64,000 nucleotides of DNA from Candidatus Stammera capleta (GTDB taxonomy: Bacteria > Pseudomonadota > Gammaproteobacteria > Enterobacterales > Enterobacteriaceae), in assembly GCA_036689265.1 (NCBI GenBank), contig CP144777.1:22196-86195 (forward strand), read 5' to 3'. A program made the position numbers and the translations under genes. The notes under the pieces are model-generated. The model was not told the origin of the DNA. It did not search any database and saw nothing but the letters and a program-made list of their open reading frames with translations. Numbering within the stretch: position 1 is the stretch's first letter; every line of letters starts with the position of its first letter. Of this stretch, positions 54,499 through 64,000 are shown piece after piece.

Positions 54499-54502
54499 TA
54501 TA

Positions 54503-55288
54503 TTATTTATTTTCTTTATTATATAGATTTGTTATTAGGCAATATTGTTTTATTGATAAATTTTCTGCTCTTAAATTTATATTTATTCCATTTTTTTTAA
54601 GAATGTTTATGTTTATTATTTTTTTTAAACTATTTTTTATTTTTTTTCTTCTTTTTATAAATGAATTGTTTAAAATATGTTTAAGTTGTTTTATTTTTAA
54701 TTTATCAAGTTTATATTTATTTTTTTTTGTTGTTAAAGATAAAAATACAGAATTTACTTTTGGTTTTGGATAAAAATTATTTTTATTTACTTTCATAAGT
54801 ATTTTAACTTTAAAAAATAAATTAACTAAAATGGTTATTTTTGAATATTTTTTTTCTCCTTTTTTTGAAATTAAAGAATAAGCTAGTTCTTTTTGAAGCA
54901 TTATATGTATATCATATATTATATCTATATATTTTATAAATTTAAAAATTATTTTTTTTGATATATTATATGGAATATTTCCAAATATACGTATTTTTTT
55001 GTTTGTAAAATTAAATATTTTATGTAAATTTAAATATAAAAAATTTTTATTGATTATATTAATATTTAGTTTTATATTTTTTTTTAATATTTTTATTAAA
55101 TCATAATCTATTTCAACTACTGTTAAATTTTTTGAATATTTTATTATTTCTTTAGTAAGTTCTCCTTTACCTCCACCTATTTCTAATAGAATTTGTTGTT
55201 TTTTTGGTTTTATAAATTTTATAATTTTATATAAATAATTTTTATTAATAATAAAATTTTGTCCTAGTTCTTTTTTTAAAATAAGCAT
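54503..55288 (-). CDS. rsmA: 16S rRNA (adenine1518/1519-N6)-dimethyltransferase RsmA (KsgA)
   Basis: 261-aa ORF. LGQNFIINKN, SAM motif LEIGGGKGELT, VEIDYDL, FGNIPYNIS, FYPKPKVNS. Upstream of apaH on the same strand, as in E. coli ksgA-apaG-apaH. Confidence 0.93.
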   Translation of the reverse strand: MLILKKELGQNFIINKNYLYKIIKFIKPKKQQILLEIGGGKGELTKEIIKYSKNLTVVEIDYDLIKILKKNIKLNINIINKNFLYLNLHKIFNFTNKKIRIFGNIPYNISKKIIFKFIKYIDIIYDIHIMLQKELAYSLISKKGEKKYSKITILVNLFFKVKILMKVNKNNFYPKPKVNSVFLSLTTKKNKYKLDKLKIKQLKHILNNSFIKRRKKIKNSLKKIININILKKNGININLRAENLSIKQYCLITNLYNKENK

Positions 55289-55536
55289 TTTATTAGTAAT
55301 TTTGTAGTTAATTTTTATTTGATATTATTTTTAATAAATATTTATATAAAATTTGTTATTTATATATATAAATAAATTTGTGTTATTTTTTTTATATTTT
55401 GTTATTATAGAAATAAAAATATTTAATAAATATATTTATATTTTATCATAGTAGTTTAATATGTATATATTATTTATTTTTTTATATATTTGTTTGTTTA
55501 TATTTTAAATGTTAATTAATTGTTTTGTAGGTTTTT

Positions 55537-56301
55537 ATGATAAGATTTTTAGAGAATATAATTTTAAATTATACATTTTTAGTATATTTTTTTATTTTTT
55601 TAGTTACTTTTTTAGAATCTTTGGTTTTTGTTGGTTTATTTTTACCTAGTAATATAATAATGTTTTTTATTGGTTTATTGATAGGAAAAAAATATTTAAA
55701 TATATATTTATCATGTTTTTTTAGTTATTTTGGTTGTATTTTAGGTGATATAATATCATATTATGTAGGTATTTATTCTAAGAACAATTCAGTTTTTTTT
55801 GATGGCTTTTTGTTAAAATATAATAATATTTTTAATAAAATATTTTTTTTATTTAAAAATAATATATTTTTTACTTTTTTGTTTGGTCGTTTTTTTGGTT
55901 TTATAAGACCATTTCTTTTGTTTTTATCTGGAATGTTATTAATATCTATTAATAAAATATTAGTTCCTGAAATAATTAGTGTTTTTTTATGGCCTTTGTT
56001 TTGTTTTATTCCTGGAATTTTAACTGGAATTGCTGCTAACATACCTAATAGTAAAATATTTAGTTTTTATTTATTATGTTTTTCTTTATTAGTTATATTT
56101 ACTATTTATTTATTATATTATTGGTATATGTATAATGATGTTTTAAATGAAAAACAAATATTAGGTTTAAGTATTAATGTAAATAAAATGAAATATTTAT
56201 TATTTATTTTGTTTGTTTTTATTTTGTTTTTCTTTACTAAAATAATTAGTAATTCTTCTTTTTTTATATTTAAAAAAATGTTTTATTCTATTTTTATATA
56301 A
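55537..56301 (+). CDS. DedA-family inner membrane protein
   Basis: 254-aa polytopic hydrophobic ORF. FLESLVFVGLFLPSNIIMFFIGLLIG, YFGCILGDIISYYVG and GRFFGFIRPF fit the conserved DedA (SNARE-associated) family blocks. The specific paralogue cannot be determined. Confidence 0.7.
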   Translation: MIRFLENIILNYTFLVYFFIFLVTFLESLVFVGLFLPSNIIMFFIGLLIGKKYLNIYLSCFFSYFGCILGDIISYYVGIYSKNNSVFFDGFLLKYNNIFNKIFFLFKNNIFFTFLFGRFFGFIRPFLLFLSGMLLISINKILVPEIISVFLWPLFCFIPGILTGIAANIPNSKIFSFYLLCFSLLVIFTIYLLYYWYMYNDVLNEKQILGLSINVNKMKYLLFILFVFILFFFTKIISNSSFFIFKKMFYSIFI

Positions 56302-56334
56302 TTTTTTAATAAAATGTATTGTTTGTTTATATAT

Positions 56335-59145
56335 TTAAGCAAATATTCTTTTTTCTCCATCTCCTAATGTATTTTTTATACATCTATTACAAATATTATT
56401 ATTTTTATTAAAATTATTTTTTTTTGTAATATGCCAACATCTTTTACATTTAGTTCCTTTCATTTTTAAAATATATATTTTATATAAATAATTTTTTTTA
56501 TTTTTTTTAAGTTTTAATTCAGAAACTAAAAAAAAGAATTTTAATTCTTTTTTTATATATTTAATTTTGTTAAATAATGTTTTATTTGTTTTTAATATTA
56601 TTTTTGATTCCAATGATGAATTTAATAATTTTTTTGTTCTTTGTTCTTCTATTTTTGTATTTATGTTTTTTTTAATTAAAAAAAGTGTTTTCCATGTTTG
56701 TATATTTATTTTTTCATATTGTTTTATGTAAAAAAGTTTGTTAAATAATGTTTCTGTATATATATATTTATTTTTTTTTCTAGGTATATATTTCCATATT
56801 TCTTCTGTTGTAAATGATAATATTGGAGCTATCCATTTTGTTATTGTTTCTGTTAACATCCATATTGTTGTTTGTGCACTGTAGTATGGTAAAGAATATT
56901 TTTTTATAGTGTATTTTCTGTCTTTTATTATATCTAAATATGTATTACTTAATTTATTTATACAAAAATTCATAATTGTTTTTGTTACTTTATGAATTTC
57001 AAAATTGTTATATAAGTAAATAATTTTTTTTTGATATTTTTTTGCTTCATGAATTATCCATTTATCTATTAAAATCATTTTATCTTGTGTAATTGAATTA
57101 TATTTTGGATTAAATTCATCTAAATTTGATATTAAAAATTTTATTGTATTTCTTATTTTTCTGTAAGATTCTATTGTTCTTGATATTATTTCATTTGATA
57201 TATGTATATTTTTTGCATAATTTGATGATGCAACCCATAATCTTATTATATCTACTCCAAATTTGTTTATAATTGTATTTGGATTTATAAAGTTTTTTAG
57301 AGATTTTGACATTTTTTTTCCATGATTGTCTACTACAAATCCATGAGATAAAACTTGTTTATATGGAGCACAATTATTAATTGCAGTATGAATTATTAGA
57401 GAAGACATAAACCATCCTCTATATTGGTCAGATCCTTCTAGATATAGATCTATATATTTGTTTTGTTTTGTAAATTCTTTATTCATAACTGAAAAACATG
57501 TTGATCCTGAATCAAACCATATATCTAATACATCTAATACTTTTTCGTACTTTTTGTGTTTATTTTTTAAAAATTTAGATAATTTTAAATTTGTCCAATA
57601 ATTTGGTCCTATTTTTTCTATTTTATTAGCAATTTTTTCCATTAAATAGTTCATTTCTGGATGTAATTTTTTTGTTTTTTTGTTTATTATTAAAGTTATT
57701 GGGGTTCCCCAAATACGTTGTCTTGATATACACCAATTCGGTCTTTCTATAATCATTTTTTTCATTTTTTTATATCCTTTTTTTGGGAACCATTCTACTT
57801 TTTTTATAGATTTTAACATTTTATTTCTTAATTTATTTTTATCTATGTTAATAAACCATTGTGGAGTAGATCTTAATATTATTGGTTTTTTATGTCTCCA
57901 ACAGAAGGGATAATTGTGTTTTATTTTTTCTTTTAAAATTATTTTTCTATTTTTTATTAAAAAATTTAATATATATTTTTCGGCTTTTTTTAATTTTTTA
58001 TTTTTTATATTTTTAATAAATTTATAATATATGTATTTTCCTTTTTTGTTTATGACATTTTTTCCAATTAAATTATATTTTTTTGCTATTTTATAATCTT
58101 CTTCTCCGTGTTGTGGAGCTATATGAACTATTCCAGTTCCTGAATTTTCTTTTATATATTTATTTTTTAATATAGGTGTTTTTATTTTAGATATTGGATG
58201 ATATGTAAATAAGTTTGTTAGGTTTTTTCCTAATATTGATTTTATTTTTTTATATTTTATTTTAATTTTATTAAATATATTTTTGTATTTTTTTTTAGAT
58301 AATATATATATTTTTTTTTTAGTTTCTATTATAGAATATTTTATTTTTGGGTTTACTGTTAAAGCACAATTTCCTGGTATACTCCAGGTTGTTGTTGTCC
58401 ATATTATTAATTCTATATTTTTTTTTAAATTTTTTATGTTTATTTTTTTTAAAAAAAATCGTTTATTATGTAACTTAAATGTAATATATGATGATAAAGA
58501 TATTTTTTTTTTATATATAATTTCAGCTTCTGCTAATGATGATTTACATTTTATGCACCAATTTATTGGTTTTGTTTTTCTTTCTAGATAATTTAATTCT
58601 ATAAATTTTTTTAGTGTTCTAATAGTATTAGCTATGTTTTTAAAATCCATAGTTTTGTAATGTTTTTCTAAGTTTATTAGAAGCCCTAGTCTTTTAAAAT
58701 TTTTTTTTTGTTTTTTTATTTGTTTTTGTGCATAATTAAAGCAATTTTTTTTAAATTTATATATATATATATTTTTTTTATCATATTTTATTGTTTTAAT
58801 TTTTTTTTGTATTTCTATTTCAATAGGTAATCCATGACAATCCCAACCTGGTTTACATATTGTTTTTTTGTTCATAATATTTTTATATTTTAAAATAATA
58901 TCTTTCATTATTTTATTATATATATGACCAAAGTGAATGTTTCCATTTGCATATGGTGGTCCATCATGTATAATAAAACTATTTTTATCTATTTTATTTT
59001 TTTTAATATTTTCAATAAATTTTTCTTTTTCCCATTTTTTTATTATTTTTGGTTCTTTAAGTATTAAATTAGCTTTCATTGGGAAATTTATTTTTGGTAA
59101 ATTAATTGTTTTTTTATAATTTTTATGTTTTTTATTATTTTTCAT
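56335..59145 (-). CDS. ileS: isoleucine--tRNA ligase
   Basis: 936-aa ORF. HIGH motif HDGPPYANGNIHFGH, KMSKS motif GKKMSKSL, editing-domain blocks (WTTTTWSIPGN, GTGIVHIAP) and a C-terminal zinc-binding CKRCWH...CNRC. Full-length colinear with E. coli IleS. Confidence 0.97.
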   Translation of the reverse strand: MKNNKKHKNYKKTINLPKINFPMKANLILKEPKIIKKWEKEKFIENIKKNKIDKNSFIIHDGPPYANGNIHFGHIYNKIMKDIILKYKNIMNKKTICKPGWDCHGLPIEIEIQKKIKTIKYDKKNIYIYKFKKNCFNYAQKQIKKQKKNFKRLGLLINLEKHYKTMDFKNIANTIRTLKKFIELNYLERKTKPINWCIKCKSSLAEAEIIYKKKISLSSYITFKLHNKRFFLKKINIKNLKKNIELIIWTTTTWSIPGNCALTVNPKIKYSIIETKKKIYILSKKKYKNIFNKIKIKYKKIKSILGKNLTNLFTYHPISKIKTPILKNKYIKENSGTGIVHIAPQHGEEDYKIAKKYNLIGKNVINKKGKYIYYKFIKNIKNKKLKKAEKYILNFLIKNRKIILKEKIKHNYPFCWRHKKPIILRSTPQWFINIDKNKLRNKMLKSIKKVEWFPKKGYKKMKKMIIERPNWCISRQRIWGTPITLIINKKTKKLHPEMNYLMEKIANKIEKIGPNYWTNLKLSKFLKNKHKKYEKVLDVLDIWFDSGSTCFSVMNKEFTKQNKYIDLYLEGSDQYRGWFMSSLIIHTAINNCAPYKQVLSHGFVVDNHGKKMSKSLKNFINPNTIINKFGVDIIRLWVASSNYAKNIHISNEIISRTIESYRKIRNTIKFLISNLDEFNPKYNSITQDKMILIDKWIIHEAKKYQKKIIYLYNNFEIHKVTKTIMNFCINKLSNTYLDIIKDRKYTIKKYSLPYYSAQTTIWMLTETITKWIAPILSFTTEEIWKYIPRKKNKYIYTETLFNKLFYIKQYEKINIQTWKTLFLIKKNINTKIEEQRTKKLLNSSLESKIILKTNKTLFNKIKYIKKELKFFFLVSELKLKKNKKNYLYKIYILKMKGTKCKRCWHITKKNNFNKNNNICNRCIKNTLGDGEKRIFA

Positions 59146-59407
59146 TTTTTTGTTTCTATATATTTTTTTTGATGTTTTGCAAAAAAAAAAGTTTATATAT
59201 AATTTGTTATATGTTAAAAAAAATAATTAGGTTTTTTGTTAATTTTTTATAATTAATAATATATTATTGTATATGTTTTATTTTATATATATATTTTTTA
59301 TTTTTAATTTTTTTTGTTTATTTTTTAATTGATATTATTTAATATGTATACATATAATATATATATTTATTTTTTTTTAATTTTATTATTTTAGAGGATT
59401 TTTATAC

Positions 59408-61330
59408 ATGAGTAGAATTATTGGAATTGATCTTGGTACTACTAATTCTTGTGTCGCTATTATGGATGGTAATGAGGCAAAAGTTTTAGAAAATTCTGAA
59501 GGTGATCGTACAACTCCTTCAGTAATAGCTTATACTAAGGATAATGAAATTTTAGTTGGACAACCTGCTAAACGTCAGGCTATTACTAATCCAAAAAATA
59601 CTTTATTTGCTATAAAAAGATTAATAGGTCGTAAATTTAAAGATAATGAAGTTCAAAGAGATGTTAATATAATTCCTTATAATATCATTTCTGCTAATAA
59701 TGGTGATGCTTGGATAGAAATAGAAGGTAAAAAAATAGCTCCTCCTCAAATTTCAGCTGAAATTTTAAAAAAGATGAAAAAAACAGCAGAAGATTATTTA
59801 GGAGAAGTTGTTAATGAAGCAGTTATTACTGTTCCAGCATATTTTAATGATGCTCAAAGACAAGCAACTAAAGATTCTGGTCGTATAGCTGGATTAAGTA
59901 TAAAAAGAATAATTAATGAACCAACTGCAGCAGCTTTAGCTTATGGTTTGGATAAGGCAAAAGGCACAAAAATAATAGCTGTTTATGATTTAGGTGGAGG
60001 TACATTTGATATTTCTATTATTGAAATAGATAATGTTGATGGTGAAAAAACTTTTGAAGTTTTAGCCACAAATGGAGATACACATTTAGGTGGTGAAGAT
60101 TTTGATATTAGAATAATTAATTATTTAGTTTCAGAATTTAAAAAAGATTATGGTATAGATTTATCTAATGATGCATTATCAATGCAAAGATTAAAAGATG
60201 CTTCTGAAAAAGCAAAAATAGAATTATCTTCTACTCATCAAACAGAAATTAATTTACCTTACATTACAGCAGATAGTAGTGGTCCAAAACATCTTAATAT
60301 TAAGTTAACTAGAGCAAAATTAGAATCTTTAGTTGAGGAAATAATAAATAAATCTATAAATCCTTTAAAGATTGCATTAAGAGATGCTAATTTAGATATT
60401 GATAAAATAAACGATGTTATTTTAGTTGGTGGTCAAACAAGAATGCCTATGGTTCAAAAAAAAGTTGCTGATTTTTTTGGAAAAGAACCTAGAAAAGATG
60501 TTAATCCAGATGAAGCTGTTGCTATAGGAGCTGCTGTTCAGGCGGGAGTATTATCTGGTGATGTTAAAGATGTTTTATTGTTGGATGTTACACCTTTATC
60601 TTTAGGTATTGAAACTATGGGTAATGTTATGACTACTTTAATTAATAAAAATACTACTATTCCTACAAAGCATAGTCAGGTATTTTCTACAGCAGAAGAT
60701 AATCAGTCAGCTGTAACTATACATGTTTTGCAGGGTGAAAGAAAAAGATCTAGTGATAATAAATCTTTAGGTCAATTTAATTTAGATGGAATACAACCTG
60801 CTCCTAGGGGCGTTCCACAAATAGAAGTTACTTTTGATATAGATGCTGATGGAATATTACATGTTTCTGCTAAAGATAAAAATAGTGGTAAAGAACAGAA
60901 AATAACAATTAGATCTTCTTCTGGTTTAAATGAAAATGAAATTAGTAATATGATTAAAGATGCTGAATTGAATTCTGAGATTGATCTTAAATTTGAAGAG
61001 TTAGTTAAAGTTAAAAATCAAGCAGATCATTTAATACATACAACAAAAAAACAAATTTTGGAATTAGGAGATAAAATATCAAATGAAGATAAAAAATCTG
61101 TAGAAAATTCGTTAAAAAAATTAGAAGATTTAGTTAAAGGTGATAATAAAGAGGAAATAGAAAATTCTATACAAGAAGTTATACAGATATCTAGTAAGTT
61201 AATTAAATTAAATTCAAATAAAAGTGGTAATGGTGAAAATGTAAATAATAATAAAGGTTTTTCTAAAGAAAATAGTGATTCTGTAGTAGATGCAGAATAT
61301 GAAGAGGTAAATAAAAAAGATAAAAGTTAA
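59408..61330 (+). CDS. dnaK: molecular chaperone DnaK (Hsp70)
   Basis: 640-aa [40 protein letters not shown] and [28 protein letters not shown]. Very high identity to E. coli DnaK. Confidence 0.99.
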   Translation: MSRIIGIDLGTTNSCVAIMDGNEAKVLENSEGDRTTPSVIAYTKDNEILVGQPAKRQAITNPKNTLFAIKRLIGRKFKDNEVQRDVNIIPYNIISANNGDAWIEIEGKKIAPPQISAEILKKMKKTAEDYLGEVVNEAVITVPAYFNDAQRQATKDSGRIAGLSIKRIINEPTAAALAYGLDKAKGTKIIAVYDLGGGTFDISIIEIDNVDGEKTFEVLATNGDTHLGGEDFDIRIINYLVSEFKKDYGIDLSNDALSMQRLKDASEKAKIELSSTHQTEINLPYITADSSGPKHLNIKLTRAKLESLVEEIINKSINPLKIALRDANLDIDKINDVILVGGQTRMPMVQKKVADFFGKEPRKDVNPDEAVAIGAAVQAGVLSGDVKDVLLLDVTPLSLGIETMGNVMTTLINKNTTIPTKHSQVFSTAEDNQSAVTIHVLQGERKRSSDNKSLGQFNLDGIQPAPRGVPQIEVTFDIDADGILHVSAKDKNSGKEQKITIRSSSGLNENEISNMIKDAELNSEIDLKFEELVKVKNQADHLIHTTKKQILELGDKISNEDKKSVENSLKKLEDLVKGDNKEEIENSIQEVIQISSKLIKLNSNKSGNGENVNNNKGFSKENSDSVVDAEYEEVNKKDKS

Positions 61331-61369
61331 TGTTATGTTAAAAAAATTAATAAATAATATTTATTGTTT

Positions 61370-62503
61370 ATGTCTAAAAAAGATTATTATACAATTTTAG
61401 GTGTTTCAAAAACAGCTGGTGATTTTGATATAAAGAGAGCTTATAAACGTTTAGCTATAAAATATCATCCAGATAGAAATAAAGGTAATAAAATTTTTGA
61501 AGAAAAATTTAAAGAAGTTAAAGAAGCGTATGAAGTTTTGAGTGATTCTAAAAAACGTTCTGTTTATGACCAGTATGGTCATTCTGCTTTTAATGATAAT
61601 AATAGTTTTACTGCAGATTTTAGTAGTGCTGGAGATTTTGGAGATATTTTCAGCGATGTATTTGGTGATATTTTTGGGTCTAAAAAGAAAAATAATGAAC
61701 GAAAAGGTTCAGATGTTAATTATGAAATGGAATTAAATTTTGAAGATGCTGTTAAAGGTGTTTCTAAAGAAATTAAAATTAACATTATGCAAAAATGTAG
61801 TGTTTGTAATGGAAATGGTACAAGATCTGGAACTAAAAGAAAATTGTGTAGTACATGTAAAGGTTCTGGAAATTTGAATATACGTCAAGGATTTTTTTCT
61901 GTTCAACAGACTTGTCCTAGTTGTAATGGTGCATGTTTTATAATTAATAATCCGTGTTATATTTGTCATGGTAGTGGTATTGAAAGATGTTTGAAAAATA
62001 TTTTAGTTAGTATACCTGCAGGTGTTAATACTAATGATAAAGTTTGTTTATCAAAAAAAGGAAATTGTGGTGATTTTGGAAAAAATCCAGGTGATTTATA
62101 TATAAAAATTAAAGTAAAAAAACATAATATATTTACTAGAGAAAATAATAATTTATATTGTGAAATACCAATAAATTTTTCTATGGCTGCTTTAGGTGGT
62201 GAAGTAGAAATACCTAGTTTAAATGGTAAATTAAAATTAAAAATACCTCCTGAAACACAAACTGGTAGATTGTTTAGGATAAAAAATAAAGGTGTAAAAT
62301 CTGTTAATAATAATTTTTATGGTGATTTATTATGTAAAGTTTTAGTTGAGACACCAGTAAATTTAAATAATTATCAAAGAAAATTATTGTATGATTTAGG
62401 TTTTAGTTTAAAAGGTGATAATGGTGGAAGTGAGAAAAATAATCCTAAATCTAAAAGTTTTTTTGATAGTGTAAAAAAGTTTTTATCTAATTTAACTTAT
62501 TAA
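61370..62503 (+). CDS. dnaJ: molecular chaperone DnaJ
   Basis: The ORF track opens at TTG 61364. ATG 61370 gives [12 protein letters not shown] (E. coli MAKQDYYEILGV). J-domain HPD (KYHPDRN), a G/F-rich linker and four Cys-rich repeats ([32 protein letters not shown]). Confidence 0.96.
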   Translation: MSKKDYYTILGVSKTAGDFDIKRAYKRLAIKYHPDRNKGNKIFEEKFKEVKEAYEVLSDSKKRSVYDQYGHSAFNDNNSFTADFSSAGDFGDIFSDVFGDIFGSKKKNNERKGSDVNYEMELNFEDAVKGVSKEIKINIMQKCSVCNGNGTRSGTKRKLCSTCKGSGNLNIRQGFFSVQQTCPSCNGACFIINNPCYICHGSGIERCLKNILVSIPAGVNTNDKVCLSKKGNCGDFGKNPGDLYIKIKVKKHNIFTRENNNLYCEIPINFSMAALGGEVEIPSLNGKLKLKIPPETQTGRLFRIKNKGVKSVNNNFYGDLLCKVLVETPVNLNNYQRKLLYDLGFSLKGDNGGSEKNNPKSKSFFDSVKKFLSNLTY

Positions 62504-62586
62504 ATATTTATTTAATTTAATATAAATTATTAAAATTTTTATTAAAAAATTTTTGTTATTTTTAAATTAAAGTAAATAGAATGATT

Positions 62587-63831
62587 TCATTTATTAATAA
62601 ATTTGTTTAATGGATAAATTTTACATATTTTAATAATTTTATATTTAATTTTACCAGTAATAACATTGTTATTGATATTATTTAATAATTTACATATTAG
62701 TTTTGTTATTTTTTTTGTATTTTTTTTATTTATACCTCTTCTTGTTATGGCTGAGGTACCTATTCTTATTCCTGATGTAATATAATTATTGTTTTTTTCG
62801 TTTGGTATGCAATTTTTATTTACAATGATATTTGCTAATGATAGTTTTTTTTCTGCTAATATTCCAGTTATGTTTTTATTTTTTAGATTTAATAATAGTA
62901 GATGTGTATCTGTTCCGTTAGAAATAATTTTAAATTTATTTTTTATAAATTCTTTTGCCATTGTTTTAGCATTTTTAATTACGTTTTTTTGATATTTATG
63001 AAACGTTTTTTTTGATGCTTCTTTGAATGATATTGCTTTTGCTGCAATTATATGCATTAAAGGTCCTCCTTGTGTTCCAGGAAATAATGATGAGTTTATT
63101 TTTTTATATAAAATTTTATTATCACCTTTTGCTAAAATTATACCACCTCTTGGTCCAGCTAATGTTTTATGGGTTGTGCTTGTAACTATATGTGCATAAT
63201 TTATTGGATTTGGATATAGATTTGCAACAACTAATCCAGCTATATGAGACATATCTACCAATAATAAACTATTGTATTTATCTGCTATTTCTCTGAATAT
63301 TTTCCAGTTACATATTTTTGAATATGAAGAAAATCCAGCTATAATTAGTTTTGGTTTATATTTTTTACTTAAATATTCAACCTCATTATAATTTATTTTT
63401 TCATTTTTATTTAATCCATAAAATTTAGTATTATATAATTTTCCTGATATATTTATTTTTGATCCGTGTGTTATATGTCCTCCATGGTTTAATTTCATGC
63501 CTAAAATTTTGTCTCCTGGATTTAAAATGGCATTAAATACAGCAAAATTAGCTTGTGATCCTGAATGTGGTTGTACATTTACATAATTAGCATTAAATAA
63601 TTTTTTTGCTCTTTTTATTGCTATTTTTTCAATAATGTCTATAAATTTACATCCACCATAGTATCTTTTTCCTATATATCCTTCTGCATATTTGTTGGTT
63701 AATTCTGATCCCTGTGCTTTCATTACATCTTTGCTTGCGTAATTTTCTGAAGCTATTAAATTAATAGTATTTTCTTGTCTTTTTTTTTCTAGATTAATAA
63801 AGTGAAATATTTTTTTGTCTTTTATTTTCAT
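62587..63831 (-). CDS. glyA: serine hydroxymethyltransferase
   Basis: 414-aa [34 protein letters not shown], the PLP-lysine block [16 protein letters not shown] and GTQGGPLMH. Confidence 0.97.
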   Translation of the reverse strand: MKIKDKKIFHFINLEKKRQENTINLIASENYASKDVMKAQGSELTNKYAEGYIGKRYYGGCKFIDIIEKIAIKRAKKLFNANYVNVQPHSGSQANFAVFNAILNPGDKILGMKLNHGGHITHGSKINISGKLYNTKFYGLNKNEKINYNEVEYLSKKYKPKLIIAGFSSYSKICNWKIFREIADKYNSLLLVDMSHIAGLVVANLYPNPINYAHIVTSTTHKTLAGPRGGIILAKGDNKILYKKINSSLFPGTQGGPLMHIIAAKAISFKEASKKTFHKYQKNVIKNAKTMAKEFIKNKFKIISNGTDTHLLLLNLKNKNITGILAEKKLSLANIIVNKNCIPNEKNNNYITSGIRIGTSAITRRGINKKNTKKITKLICKLLNNINNNVITGKIKYKIIKICKIYPLNKFINK

Positions 63832-64000
63832 ATTTTATTTTTTATTTTATAAGCTTCTATATATAAAAATTCTAAAGCTAATGTTGCTGCGGTTAGTGAT
63901 GTTATATCTGATATGTCATATGGTGGTGATACTTCTACTATATCTATTCCTACAATATTTATATTTTTTAGTTTTCTAATTATTTTTAATAATTTATTTA
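63828..64000 (-). CDS. speB: agmatinase, C-terminal fragment (5' end lies beyond the window)
   Basis: Absent from the ORF track because there is no start in the window. Manual translation of the minus strand gives ...[56 protein letters not shown], then TGA. This matches the E. coli SpeB C-terminus ([37 protein letters not shown]). Its TGA overlaps the glyA ATG (ATGA). Confidence 0.78.
   Translation of the reverse strand, partial: NKLLKIIRKLKNINIVGIDIVEVSPPYDISDITSLTAATLALEFLYIEAYKIKNKI

Noticed and set aside
59146-59407. A possible sigma32 heat-shock promoter upstream of dnaK, and sigma70-like hexamers such as ttgatg-N19-tatata.
   Set aside because: There is no convincing CTTGAA / CCCCATNT pair. 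In sequence this AT-rich, -10-like hexamers are everywhere, so no promoter call is defensible without transcript mapping.

Overview
This window is core chromosome from an extremely AT-rich, genome-reduced gammaproteobacterial (Enterobacterales-derived) obligate endosymbiont, in the style of Wigglesworthia, Blochmannia or Buchnera. I cannot name the species from sequence alone. Only the rRNA, the tRNAs and a few highly expressed genes (tuf, fusA, dnaK) reach moderate GC. Gene density is very high, and I assign 75 protein-coding genes. They include rplU; mreB-mreC; tldD; rplM-rpsI; mutS; rpsF-rpsR-rplI; orn; amiB-mutL-miaA-hflX-rlmB; and def-fmt. The str, S10, spc and alpha ribosomal-protein operons are fused into one block (rpsL to rplQ, including secY, rpmJ and rpoA). 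The remaining genes are tadA, alr, glyQS, mnmA, lipA-lipB-dacA-rodA-mrdA, pgi, rpsT, apaH-rsmA, a DedA-family membrane protein, ileS, dnaK-dnaJ, glyA and the 3' end of speB. There is one complete rRNA operon (16S, tRNA-Glu, 23S, 5S, tRNA-Asp) and three further tRNAs (Gly-GCC, Leu-UAA, Cys-GCA). I see no CRISPR array, IS element, integrase, phage gene, toxin-antitoxin pair or defence system, and nothing that looks like a novel multi-gene system. The most interesting signals are two genes, lipA and mrdA (PBP2), each interrupted by a one-base frameshift inside a long poly(A) run while keeping every catalytic motif. That is the pattern expected for rescue by transcriptional slippage or ribosome sliding. 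Other observations are many in-frame poly(A) runs of 12 nt or more in essential genes, precise synteny-defined deletions (hfq, hflKC, mreD, priB, rlpA, ybeD, apaG), and a tRNA pair abutting def-fmt. The rrn operon keeps boxA-like elements and processing stems, none of the tRNA genes encodes CCA, and strand composition visibly skews the proteome (Lys-rich minus-strand genes, Phe-rich plus-strand genes). Caveat: homopolymer lengths were counted by eye and may be off by one. Frameshift calls therefore rest mainly on the frames of the supplied ORF track.
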